From a virus, in IMG/VR virus record IMGVR_UViG_3300045454_000060, positions 38,456 to 102,455 of that record: a stretch of DNA of 64,000 bases; one strand, written 5' to 3'. Both the position numbers and the translations under genes were made by a program. The notes under the pieces are model-generated. The model did not search any database. It saw nothing but the letters and a program-made list of their open reading frames with translations, and had not been told where the DNA came from. Shown piece by piece: positions 17,627 through 26,944 of this stretch (position 1 is its first letter; each line of letters begins with the position of its first letter).

Positions 17627-20600
17627 ATGAGTTTTCCTTGGCTGAACGCGCGCTCGCATTTCTCGGTCGGCGAGAGTCTGGCGGAGCCTGCAGCCCTGGC
17701 GAAGACGGCCGATCAGCTCGGCCTGTCGGGGATTCTGCTGTCCGACACGATGAGCGTGTCCGGCATGCCGGAGCTGTTCACGTCAGCCAGCAAGCTGGCT
17801 TGCAAGCCCATGATCGGGGTCCGCCTGCGCGTCGTGCGCGGGCTCGAGAAGGACAAGGCTGCCGCGAAGAAGGATCAGCCGATGTTCCTGCGCGCGCTGG
17901 TGCTTGATCAGCGCGGCTGGGATGCCACGCTCGGGCTGCTCTCGCGTGCCTTCGACGACGACCATTTCTATAGCGTGCCGCGTCTGCTGCTTGCCGACGT
18001 GATCGCGGCATATGCCCCCGGGGGCGCAGCATTGACGCTAGGGGATACCTACGGGGCGTTGTCGCAGGGGAGGGGGGCGGAAGTTGTCAAGGCATGCAGG
18101 GACGCGGGAATCCCGCTCTATGCCGAGACCACCCTGACCCCGACACCCCTGGGCGTGCGCCTGTTCCGGGATGCGCTGTTCCTGCAGAGCTTCGGCGTGC
18201 CGACGCTGATCGCGCCGCTGGCGCTCTACGATGATGCCTCCCAGGCCGACACGTTGGATCTGATGGCGTCGATCGCGCGCAACATGCCGCTGGATGATCT
18301 GAGTCCGCGGCATCCGTATCGCGAGCACCACCTGCAGGAATGGGAGCGGCTGCGCCGGCGCCTGGCGGTGATGGTGAAGCTGGCCTCCGCTCGCTACGGG
18401 GCGGGCATGGACTGGACTGAGCGCGTGCGTGTGGCGATCGAGAGCACGCGGGCGTTCCCGTCGCTGGTCAGTTTCGCCTGGCGGAAGATGCCGGTGTCGC
18501 TGCCGAAGATGGCCGATGACGAGTTTGCCGAGCTGGTCGGTCGTTGCCGGCAGGGCTGGCGGTCCCGCTTCGCGGGCGAGGTGTTCGGGCACCGACCGAC
18601 GCTGGCAGAGCAGGGGCTCTATGCCGAGCGTCTGGCGCACGAGCTGAAGGTGATCAGGTCGCTCGGATTCGCCGCCTACTTCCTGTTGGTGGCCGATGTG
18701 GTGAATTGGGCCAAGTCGCAGGGGATTCGCGTCGGCCCGGGGCGGGGCAGCGTGGGCGGCAGCCTGATCGCCTATCTGATCGGCATCACCGATGTCGATC
18801 CGATCCGCTTCGGGCTGCTGTTCGAGCGCTTCATCAATCCGGAGCGCATCGACCTGCCCGACGCCGATCTTGATTTCGCTTCTTTGCGGCGCGACGAGGT
18901 CGTGCGCTACCTGAAGGATCGTTTCGGCGAGGACTATGTGGGCGGCGTGGTCAACTACAACAGCATGCAGGCCGCCGGGGCGCTGAAGGATGTGTGCCGC
19001 ATGCTGGGGGTCGAGAACACCGGCCCCGCCTTCTCCAAGATCGTGCCGAAGGAGCACGGCGAGTCCTGGTCGATCGAGCAGGCGATCGCGGAGGTGCCGG
19101 AGCTCGCGGCTTTCGCCTCGCGTCATCCCGAGGTGATCCAACATGCCAGGGCTCTCGAGGGCAAGGTGCGCGCCTTCGGCAAGCACGCGGCCGGCATGAT
19201 CGTCGCCGGCGTGCCGCTGCGCGAGCGTGCCGTGGTCGAGCGCCGCAACGGCGATGCCGTGATCAATTGGGATAAGCGTCTGGCGGAGGATTTCGGGCTG
19301 GTGAAGCTCGACGTGCTCGGCCTCTCCACGCTCGACATGCTGGACATCTCCCTGAGGCTGATCAGGGGGCGGCGCGGTCGATCGCTCGACCTCCTGACGA
19401 TCCCGCTGGACGACGCGAAGACGCTGGATGCGTTCGGGCGCGGCGAGACGGTGGGCGTGTTCCAGTTCGAGAGCGCCGGCATGCGTCGGCTGCTGTGCGA
19501 TCTCGCGGAGGGCGGCCGGCTGAGCTTCGAGGATCTGGCGGTCGCGACCGCGCTCTACCGTCCGGGCCCGATGGATTCCGGGCTGATGGAGGACTTCATC
19601 AAGATCCGCCAGGGCAAGAAGGTCGAGACCTACGACCACCCGTCGATGCGCGAGGCGCTGCGCGAGACCAGGGGGGTGATGGTCTACCAGGAACAGGTCA
19701 TGCAGGTCGCGCGCGACTTCGCCGGCTTCTCGATGCCCGAGTCGGATACGCTTCGCAAGGCCATGGGGAAGAAATCGAAGGATCTCATGGCAAAGTTTAA
19801 GGAGAAGTTCCTGGACGGCGCCGTGCTCATGCATGGCGTGCCCGCCGCGCTCGCCCAGGAGGTGTTCGATCGGATCGCCAAGTTCGCGGCATACGGGTTC
19901 AACAAGAGCCATGCCGTGGAGTATGCGCTGATCTCCTACCAGACCATGTATGTGAAGCAGCACTACCCGGTGGAGTTCTGGGCCGGGGTGCTGACGATGG
20001 TCAAGGAGGATCGGCGCGACGCCTGCCTGGCCGATATGGGGCGGATGGGAATCCGGCTGCTGCCACCCGACGTGAACAACTCCGGGGTCACGTTCGTGGC
20101 GCTGAACGATGCCGTGCTGTTGGCACCCTTCTCGGCGCTCAAGGGGCTGAGCGATCGCACGGCCGCCGCCATTGTGCAGGCGCGCGAAAGCGGCGGACCC
20201 TTCCAGTCGATGCAGGACTTCGAGGAACGCTGCGGCGGACGCAACTGCACATCCCGACAGCGCGAGATCCTCGACAGGGTGGGTGCCTTCGCGCGCATCG
20301 AGCCGGGGCAGAAGCCGGCGGATGATCCGTCGCGGCGGGCGGACCAGGTGGAGTTCCTGCAGGGTCTGGTGAGCGAGGCCGTGATCGTCGATCGTCCGCT
20401 CGATCTGAGCGACAAGGCGATGGAAAGCCTGGACGATCTGGTGAACGGCTGGAGGGGCTGCACGCTTTGCGAGCTGGCCGGGAAGTGCCATCCCAGATCC
20501 TATCTCAATGGCCCGGCGCGCGTGATGCTGGTGGTCGATGGACCGAACTATCGCGAGGAGGCCGATGACGAGCTCGGGCGTGGCTCGCATGTCGCGGCGC

Positions 20601-20977
20601 TTGAGCAGGCGCTCGAAGGGGTCGGCCTGACGCTGAACGAGACCTATCTGACGGCGCTGATCAAGAGCCCGAAGCCGGAAAAGAGCAAGGTGTGGCCGAC
20701 CAAGACGCTCGCCGAATGCCCCGTCTGGCTCGAGCGGGAGATCGAGGTTCTGAAGCCGCCGGTGGTCGTCGTGCTCGGCAGTTTGACCTTCAAGCACTTC
20801 TTCCCTGGCATGAAGGGCGGGATCAACGAGCATGCCGGGCGGGTGATCTACGACAAGGGCAGGAAGCTCAACTTCCTGATCGGCATCAACCCGAACGCGA
20901 TTCACTTCGACGCCTCGAAGCAGAATATTTTGAACGGAGTGATCGCGAAACTACCTGACATCCTGCCTTTCGCTTGA
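17627..20977 (+). CDS. dnaE: DNA polymerase III alpha subunit with C-terminal UDG-like domain
   Basis: GPGRGSVGGS, LLFERFINPER, PDADLD, KLDVLGL, YQEQVM, YGFNKSHA; tail CTLC..VDGPN..ECPVWLEREIEVLKPPVVVVLG. Confidence 0.95.
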   Translation: MSFPWLNARSHFSVGESLAEPAALAKTADQLGLSGILLSDTMSVSGMPELFTSASKLACKPMIGVRLRVVRGLEKDKAAAKKDQPMFLRALVLDQRGWDATLGLLSRAFDDDHFYSVPRLLLADVIAAYAPGGAALTLGDTYGALSQGRGAEVVKACRDAGIPLYAETTLTPTPLGVRLFRDALFLQSFGVPTLIAPLALYDDASQADTLDLMASIARNMPLDDLSPRHPYREHHLQEWERLRRRLAVMVKLASARYGAGMDWTERVRVAIESTRAFPSLVSFAWRKMPVSLPKMADDEFAELVGRCRQGWRSRFAGEVFGHRPTLAEQGLYAERLAHELKVIRSLGFAAYFLLVADVVNWAKSQGIRVGPGRGSVGGSLIAYLIGITDVDPIRFGLLFERFINPERIDLPDADLDFASLRRDEVVRYLKDRFGEDYVGGVVNYNSMQAAGALKDVCRMLGVENTGPAFSKIVPKEHGESWSIEQAIAEVPELAAFASRHPEVIQHARALEGKVRAFGKHAAGMIVAGVPLRERAVVERRNGDAVINWDKRLAEDFGLVKLDVLGLSTLDMLDISLRLIRGRRGRSLDLLTIPLDDAKTLDAFGRGETVGVFQFESAGMRRLLCDLAEGGRLSFEDLAVATALYRPGPMDSGLMEDFIKIRQGKKVETYDHPSMREALRETRGVMVYQEQVMQVARDFAGFSMPESDTLRKAMGKKSKDLMAKFKEKFLDGAVLMHGVPAALAQEVFDRIAKFAAYGFNKSHAVEYALISYQTMYVKQHYPVEFWAGVLTMVKEDRRDACLADMGRMGIRLLPPDVNNSGVTFVALNDAVLLAPFSALKGLSDRTAAAIVQARESGGPFQSMQDFEERCGGRNCTSRQREILDRVGAFARIEPGQKPADDPSRRADQVEFLQGLVSEAVIVDRPLDLSDKAMESLDDLVNGWRGCTLCELAGKCHPRSYLNGPARVMLVVDGPNYREEADDELGRGSHVAALEQALEGVGLTLNETYLTALIKSPKPEKSKVWPTKTLAECPVWLEREIEVLKPPVVVVLGSLTFKHFFPGMKGGINEHAGRVIYDKGRKLNFLIGINPNAIHFDASKQNILNGVIAKLPDILPFA

Positions 20978-21017
20978 TATACACTGCCAGTCAGCACTGA
21001 GCTATGGAGCAAAGACG

Positions 21018-21476
21018 ATGACGGTTGAGATCACTCTCGACCACGAGAGGTTCCATCGGGACGTCGCCATCGACGGCAACGACCTGAACAGGGGTTTCCT
21101 GGAGCATGCCGGGCTGTTCGCCTACTACGCCTCCGCGCATGTGAAGGCGATGCGCGCGGAGGGCCAGGCCAAGATTCGCGTCGAGCTGACCGAGTCGAAG
21201 GTGGGCAAGGCGCTGCGCGAAAAGGCGCTCGCCGACGGGACGAAGATGACCGAGAAGCAGCTCGAGGAGCTGGTCAGCCTGGATGCCGAGGTCATCAAGG
21301 CGCGTCTCGCCTATGTGAACGCGAAGGCGACCACGCAGCTCGCGCAGCATGCGGTCGAGGCCTTCCGGCAGCGGCGCGACATGCTGATCCAGATCGGCGC
21401 GTCGGCGCGCGAGGAGCTGAAGGGGGATGTGCGCGCGGCGAATGTCGAGCGTCTGCGCGGCATGATCGGCGCCTAG
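21018..21476 (+). CDS. Helical protein, possibly a UvsY-like recombination mediator
   Basis: Long helical hairpin pattern ending EAFRQRRDML; next to SSB and RecA. Confidence 0.55.
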   Translation: MTVEITLDHERFHRDVAIDGNDLNRGFLEHAGLFAYYASAHVKAMRAEGQAKIRVELTESKVGKALREKALADGTKMTEKQLEELVSLDAEVIKARLAYVNAKATTQLAQHAVEAFRQRRDMLIQIGASAREELKGDVRAANVERLRGMIGA

Positions 21477-21572
21477 GATTCGCGACGCGGCACCTGAAGA
21501 AAGTCGGGGAGTATAACTCACGGCTGAGCTATAATATGGGGCGAGCGTGCCTTCGGGCAGGTTCATGAACGG

Positions 21573-21626
21573 AAGCACTGCAAGCACCGCAAGGACAGCA
21601 AGCACAGAAAGGACCAGGTAGCACCA
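21573..21626 (+). repeat. Six 9-nt repeats (AAG[C/G]ACNGC) abutting the SSB start codon
   Basis: aagcactgc aagcaccgc aaggacagc aagcacaga aaggaccag gtagcacca ATG. Confidence 0.8.
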
Positions 21627-22589
21627 ATGGACATGAACAAGCTGATGGCGATGGTCAAGGCGCGACAGGCCGAGATCGACGCCAGGAAGACCGCCGGGAC
21701 GCAGTTCGCCGAGATCCCGCAGGGCCAGTCCCGCTGGCGCATTCTCCCGGGCTGGCGCAAGGATGCCCCGGAGGTCTACTTCCACGATTTCGGGCAGCAC
21801 TGGATCAAGGACGAGAACGGCAAGCCGATCGCCGTCTATGTCTGCGACTGGGATACCTTCGCGCGCCCGTGCGAGATCTGCGAGGTGGTCAAGACCGCGA
21901 TCCGCGCGACGAAGGACGACAAGACGCTGCAGGCGCTCAAGGAGATGGCGAGCAAGCGGCGCGTGCTCGTCAACGCTCTGCAGATCCAGGGGCCGAATGC
22001 TGATCCCGGCAAGCCCGTGCTGGTGGCGCTGCCCTATTCGATCGGCACGCGCTTCCACGAGCTGTTCGCCGCTCGGCTCGGTGACGAGATCAACATGCTC
22101 GACCTCAGCGACGGCCGCGACATCATCATCAACCGCACCGGCTCGGGCTTCAACACCGAGTATTCGCTGACCGACGCGGCGAAGAACACGGCGGTCGATC
22201 CGGCGGTGATGGCCAAGCTGATCGACATCGACGCCTTCATCGAGGCTGAGCGCAACAAGGGGCTGCAGAAGGGCACGGCGCCGGTCAACAACGCGATCCG
22301 CTCCGTGCTCAAGGGGCTGCTCGCCGGCCCCGCTGGGCGGAGCTCGCTGGTCGCGGCGGCGGCGCCGGCGATCGCCGCCCCGAGCCCTCTGCTCGAGAGC
22401 CCGGTCGCTGCCCCGGTCGTCGCGGTGGCCGCTCCGACACCGGCTGCCGCTCCGACACCGGCTGCCGCTCCGACACCGGCTGCCGCTCCGACACCGGCAC
22501 CCGCTGCCGCTGCTGCCGCTGCTACCGGGTTCGGTGAGGTGCTGAGCGACCAGGAGCTGATGAAGCTGCTGGGCGAGATCGGCTCCTGA
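21627..22589 (+). CDS. gp32-like single-stranded DNA-binding protein
   Basis: RWRILP..FGQHW..VC..PCEIC; GRDIIINRTGSGFNTEYS; Ala/Pro linker. Confidence 0.75.
   Translation: MDMNKLMAMVKARQAEIDARKTAGTQFAEIPQGQSRWRILPGWRKDAPEVYFHDFGQHWIKDENGKPIAVYVCDWDTFARPCEICEVVKTAIRATKDDKTLQALKEMASKRRVLVNALQIQGPNADPGKPVLVALPYSIGTRFHELFAARLGDEINMLDLSDGRDIIINRTGSGFNTEYSLTDAAKNTAVDPAVMAKLIDIDAFIEAERNKGLQKGTAPVNNAIRSVLKGLLAGPAGRSSLVAAAAPAIAAPSPLLESPVAAPVVAVAAPTPAAAPTPAAAPTPAAAPTPAPAAAAAAATGFGEVLSDQELMKLLGEIGS
22431..22500 (+). repeat. 18-nt tandem repeat x~4 (APTPAA)
   Basis: GCTCCGACACCGGCTGCC units. Confidence 0.9.
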
Positions 22590-22596
22590 CGGGGAG

Positions 22597-22620
22597 GGGA
22601 GGGGCCCTATGGCCCCTCCC
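22597..22620 (+). terminator. GC-rich hairpin after the SSB gene
   Basis: GGGAGGGGCC-ctat-GGCCCCTCCC; no U-tract. Confidence 0.45.
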
Positions 22621-22625
22621 ATGCC

Positions 22626-23552
22626 ATGAGGACGTTTCCGCGTTCGGTTGTGCTGATCGACGGCAACAACCTGGGGTTCGCTGCGCAGATGAGCGGCGGC
22701 GCCAGGTTGTCTGTCGGCGCACTGGAGACCACAGCCCTCTATGGCTTCCTGCGCGCCTTGCGCAAGCTGCGCGAGGAACATGCGGGCAAGCCGATCGTGC
22801 TCTGGGATGGGCGTTCCTGGCGCTACGAGGAATACCCGGATTACAAGGCCGGGCGCGACGACAGACCTGAGATGCGCGAATTGAGGCAGAGCTGGAGTGC
22901 GGCGCGACCGATGGTGGCTGGCGCGCTGCGCGATCTCGGGGTGAGCCAGGTGATCGCGGCGAATATGGAGGCCGACGACATGGCCGCCAGGATGCGGCGT
23001 GTCTATGCCGATCACGGCACGACGGTCACGCTGATTTCGTCGGATCACGACTGGCTGCAGCTTGTTGGCGAGGGCGTGTCCCTGTTCGATCCCCGCAAGG
23101 CGCGGCATGTCACGCTTGCGAGCTTCGAGGATCACGTGAAGCTGCCGAGCCCGATGGCGCTTGCCGAGATGAAGGCGTTGGTCGGCGACAAGTCGGACAA
23201 CATTCCCGGCGTCGGCGGCATCGGCGAGAAGACCGCGCAGGCCATTCTTGCGCGATGGGGGTCGGTGCCGGCCTTCGTGGGCGCGCTGCGGGACAATCTT
23301 GATCTTCGTCTCGACTGTGATCGTCGCCAGCTCAGTCTGGTTGATGACCCCGACAAGATGGCGCGCTTCGCGCGCAACATGCGCCTGATCTGGCTCGATC
23401 ATGTGGATGCCCCGGAGACCAAGGGTGCGCGGCATATCGGCGGTGCGCTCAATCGCGAGGCATTCGCGCGATGCTGCGAGGAGTGGGCCTTCGTCAGCAT
23501 CCTGAAGTCCCTGGACGAGTGGGTTCAGCCCTTTGCCCGAAAGGATCACTGA
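22626..23552 (+). CDS. 5'-3' exonuclease / flap endonuclease (T4 RNase H-like)
   Basis: LIDGNN, YPDYKAGR, EADD, SSDHDWLQL, GDKSDNIPGVGGIGEKTA. Confidence 0.93.
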   Translation: MRTFPRSVVLIDGNNLGFAAQMSGGARLSVGALETTALYGFLRALRKLREEHAGKPIVLWDGRSWRYEEYPDYKAGRDDRPEMRELRQSWSAARPMVAGALRDLGVSQVIAANMEADDMAARMRRVYADHGTTVTLISSDHDWLQLVGEGVSLFDPRKARHVTLASFEDHVKLPSPMALAEMKALVGDKSDNIPGVGGIGEKTAQAILARWGSVPAFVGALRDNLDLRLDCDRRQLSLVDDPDKMARFARNMRLIWLDHVDAPETKGARHIGGALNREAFARCCEEWAFVSILKSLDEWVQPFARKDH

Positions 23553-23555
23553 CGA

Positions 23556-25880
23556 ATGACTGACTTCGCCAAGCTGGCTGCGGCGCTCGAGAAGGCCGCC
23601 GGCGGCAATGACGAGACGCAGGGGCCGATCGCGCTTCTGGATTCCGGCTTCGCGCCGCTGAACTACGCCATCTCCGGGCGCTGGGATGGCGGATTCCCGA
23701 GCGGCCGGATCGTAGAACTGTTCGGTCCCGAAAGCTCTGGGAAGTGCCTGACTGCCGGCACCTACCTGCTCGGCGAGCATGGTCTGGCGACCATCGAGGA
23801 GCTCTGGGGGCTGCGCGGCTTCACGGCAAGCTCGCGTCAGCACGAGGAGCCGGTGGTTCATCATCTGCTGAATGAGCTGGGCGAGCTGGAGCCGACCAGC
23901 CACTTCGTCTGGAACGGCCGGCGTCGGTTCCTGCGTCTCGTCACGCGCTCCGGGCGTGTGCTCGAGGCGACTGCGCGGCATCCCGTGCGGGTGATGAATG
24001 AGCGCGGGCGCATCGTCTGGCGGCATGCCGAGAAGGTCAGGGTCGGCGATCATCTGCCGACGCTGCGCGGGCAGAAGCTCGGCGGGTCCGGGACGCTTGA
24101 GACCGACGAGGCGCGCATGCTCGGCTACCTTGTTGCCGACGGCTACTACGGCGACACGGGTCGGTTCTCGCTGTCCAACTCCGATCCCGAAATCGTGAAT
24201 GACTGTCGGGCGTTGCTTCGTCGCTATCTGGGCGTCGACCCCAAGAGCACGCCGCCGCGCGAGGACAGCGCTTCGGTCGAGCATTGGGTGTATTCCGTCG
24301 AGTTGCGGCGGATTCTTCACGACCGCTATGGGCTGAGGCCGGTTCTGTCCAAGGACAAGATCGTGCCGCTGGCAGTTCGCGTGGCGAGCATCGAAGCGCA
24401 GCGTGCCTTCATTCGCGCCTACGTGGAATGCGAGGCTGCGATCAATCCGGGGACGTGCATCGAGGTGTGCTCGGCGTCCCATGAGCTGCTGCGCCAGATT
24501 CAGTTGATGCTGCTCAACCTGGGCGTGTATGCGACCGTGCACGACAAGCCTGTTGCGGGTCGCGAGCATGTCTATCGTCGGCTTGCGATCAGTGGGGCCG
24601 ACTATGACCGCTACGGGCAGGAGATTGGCTTCGGCACGACTGCTCGCCAGGCGCAGTTCCGATCGCGCAGTGTCGCGATGGAGCGCACTTATTCGGACTG
24701 CATCCCGAATCTCGGCGGCATTCTGCGCGATCTTTTCGAGGCATCCGATACGGATCGCGAAGCCTCCTCGCTGCTCGAAGGCTACATGGGCGAGGGTGCG
24801 ACGGCGATCGGGCGGGATCGGCTGCAGCGGGTGATCGCCTATTTCGGCGGGCGTCCCAATGCCTTCAATGTCGGTCTTGTGGCGTATCTGCGTCAGCTTG
24901 CGGCGCTGAACTATGCCTATGACGAGGTGGTTGCCGTCGAGGAGGGCGATGCGCCCACCTTCGACGTGGCGATGCCGGGGACGCACTCGTTCTGGTCGAA
25001 TGGCTTCATCAGTCACAACACCTGGCTGGCAACGCAGGCGATGATCGCCGCGCAGCGTGTGGGCGGTGTCGCCGGCTTCCACGATCACGAGCGCAGCTTC
25101 GTCTCGGCGGTCGCCGAGCGTCTCGGGCTCGATCTCACGCCCGGCCGCTTCTTCTTCAAGACCCCGGAGAGCTACGAGCAGTCGGTGGTGCACTTCATCA
25201 AGGCGACCACGGCCGTGCGCGAGGCGAAGGTGCTCGATCCCAAGACGCCGCTCTGCTGGGTGTTCGACAGCCTGGCCTCGATGGTGCCGCAGCAGCGCAT
25301 CGCCAAGGATGCGACCGAGCTGAACATGAACGACACCACGGCACTCGCGCGCCTGACCTCGACCACCTTCCCCTCGATCGCGCAGATCGCCGAGAAGAAC
25401 AACGTGCTGGTGCTGGTGCTGAATCAGATCCGCCTCAAGCCCGGTGTCGTTTATGGCGACCCCACCACCACCCCGGGCGGCAACGCGCCAAAATACTACG
25501 CCTCCGTGCGCATCCAGCTTGCTGCCTCGCGTCTGATGAAGGACGAGGGCGGCGAGAAGGTCATGATCGGCCAGGAGGTCACGGCGCGCTGCGTCAAGAA
25601 CAAGATCGCCCGCCCCTTCGTCACCGCGAAGTGGCGCTTCCTGTTCGGTGAGGACGGGGTGGGGCGCTTCGACGTGGCGGGCAGCCTGCTGGAGTTCGCG
25701 CTCGCCAAGAAGCTGCTGAAGACTTCCGGGTCGCGCGTCGAGTGGATCGACGGCAAGACCTATTTCAAGGGGCAGCTTGCCCAGAAGATCGAGACCGAGG
25801 GATGCCTCGGCGAGCTGCAGGCGCTGATCGCGCAGTCGGGCGAGACCCCGGACGTGGCGCCGCCGGAGAGCGAGGAGTGA
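23556..25880 (+). CDS. recA: RecA/UvsX recombinase interrupted by an intein
   Basis: GRIVELFGPESSGK|T, FDSLA, NQIR, TTPGGNAPKYYASVRI, VKNK. Confidence 0.93.
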   Translation: MTDFAKLAAALEKAAGGNDETQGPIALLDSGFAPLNYAISGRWDGGFPSGRIVELFGPESSGKCLTAGTYLLGEHGLATIEELWGLRGFTASSRQHEEPVVHHLLNELGELEPTSHFVWNGRRRFLRLVTRSGRVLEATARHPVRVMNERGRIVWRHAEKVRVGDHLPTLRGQKLGGSGTLETDEARMLGYLVADGYYGDTGRFSLSNSDPEIVNDCRALLRRYLGVDPKSTPPREDSASVEHWVYSVELRRILHDRYGLRPVLSKDKIVPLAVRVASIEAQRAFIRAYVECEAAINPGTCIEVCSASHELLRQIQLMLLNLGVYATVHDKPVAGREHVYRRLAISGADYDRYGQEIGFGTTARQAQFRSRSVAMERTYSDCIPNLGGILRDLFEASDTDREASSLLEGYMGEGATAIGRDRLQRVIAYFGGRPNAFNVGLVAYLRQLAALNYAYDEVVAVEEGDAPTFDVAMPGTHSFWSNGFISHNTWLATQAMIAAQRVGGVAGFHDHERSFVSAVAERLGLDLTPGRFFFKTPESYEQSVVHFIKATTAVREAKVLDPKTPLCWVFDSLASMVPQQRIAKDATELNMNDTTALARLTSTTFPSIAQIAEKNNVLVLVLNQIRLKPGVVYGDPTTTPGGNAPKYYASVRIQLAASRLMKDEGGEKVMIGQEVTARCVKNKIARPFVTAKWRFLFGEDGVGRFDVAGSLLEFALAKKLLKTSGSRVEWIDGKTYFKGQLAQKIETEGCLGELQALIAQSGETPDVAPPESEE
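23745..25019 (+). mobile_element. 425-aa intein with LAGLIDADG homing endonuclease
   Basis: Starts CLTAGT, block B ATARHP, MLGYLVADG, ends FDVAMP..GFISHN, then +1 Thr. Confidence 0.93.
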
Positions 25881-26353
25881 GCGACTTCATCAGCTACGTG
25901 CTCGGCTTCGTCTTCGACGAGGGCTGTCGCCGCGTCGTGCTGATCTCCAAGAAGCGCCCGCAATGGATGCTGGGTCGGCTGAACGGGGTCGGCGGCAAGA
26001 TCGAGCCTGGCGAGAAGGCGCTCGCGGCGATGGTGCGCGAGTGCGAGGAGGAGACCGGGCTCAGGGTGGAGGACTGGTCGCATGTCGCGACCATTCGCCA
26101 TCCGACCTTCAAGATCGTCTGCTTCTTTACCGTGGCGGACGTGACAGCGGCGCGCACCATGACCGACGAGGAGGTGAGGATCGTGCATCTCAGTCGGCTT
26201 CACGAGCTTCTCGAAGGTGGCTGGCTGCTGCCCAATCTCCCGTTGCTGATCGCGCTTTCGCTGGATCGAAGCGGCATCAGGAAGCCCGTGGAGCTGCTCG
26301 ACGACAGCGCGGTGCCGCAGGTGCGCCGGCGTTTGTCACTTGCCGGTGACTGA
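25877..26353 (+). CDS. Nudix hydrolase
   Basis: Nudix box GGKIEPGE..AMVRECEEETGL. Confidence 0.92.
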   Translation: MSDFISYVLGFVFDEGCRRVVLISKKRPQWMLGRLNGVGGKIEPGEKALAAMVRECEEETGLRVEDWSHVATIRHPTFKIVCFFTVADVTAARTMTDEEVRIVHLSRLHELLEGGWLLPNLPLLIALSLDRSGIRKPVELLDDSAVPQVRRRLSLAGD

Positions 26354-26401
26354 TTTTTCTGCGATCGTGCGACAGTCACGACTGACGTAGGAGGGGCAAT
26401 C

Positions 26402-26944
26402 ATGGCAACGCGGTCGCTGATCGGCATGATGGAGGCCGATCAGGTGCGGTTCATCTACTGCCATTGGGACGGCTACCCGTCCCACAATGGCGCGCTTCTG
26501 CTCGATCACCACTCGACGGTCGAGCGGGTGCGCGGGCTGCTCGATCTGGGCGATCTCTCCTCGCTCGGCGAGGAGCTCGGCGAGAAGCACGACTTCGACT
26601 GGCGCATGAAGCTTATGCAGGAGCTGCGCGCGAAGGGCGTGCAGAACTACGACGAGGATGCGGAGTATCGCCGTCTGGATCGCATGTGTCTCGCCTATGG
26701 GCGGGATCGCGGCGAGACCGACATCGAGGCGAAGACCTGCTCGCGCGAGCAGTATCGCGGGTTCGCCGTCAGCGGCGAGTATGGCGCCGAGTATGTCTAC
26801 CTCGCCGAGCCGCGGCTCGACGGCAGCGTGAAGTGGCTGGTCGCGAATCACGGGGGCGTGCTGGTCGAGCTGACGCGGCGGATCGTCGAGAGCGACGAGA
26901 TCCACCTGCCGGTCGAAGGTCCGAATGCCGGGGTCTGGGCGTGA
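26402..26944 (+). CDS. Hypothetical phage protein
   Basis: MATRSLIG..IYCHWDGYP..EYVYL; GGAGG SD. Confidence 0.75.
   Translation: MATRSLIGMMEADQVRFIYCHWDGYPSHNGALLLDHHSTVERVRGLLDLGDLSSLGEELGEKHDFDWRMKLMQELRAKGVQNYDEDAEYRRLDRMCLAYGRDRGETDIEAKTCSREQYRGFAVSGEYGAEYVYLAEPRLDGSVKWLVANHGGVLVELTRRIVESDEIHLPVEGPNAGVWA

Noticed and set aside
20991-25193. Very long minus-strand ORFs (also 220-2628, 12464-15199, 18038-20905, 34343-38302)
   Set aside because: Antisense shadows of well-supported + strand genes in GC-rich DNA; no motifs
26920-26944. C-terminus AGVWA as a fourth WGxW tag
   Set aside because: Lacks the first Trp
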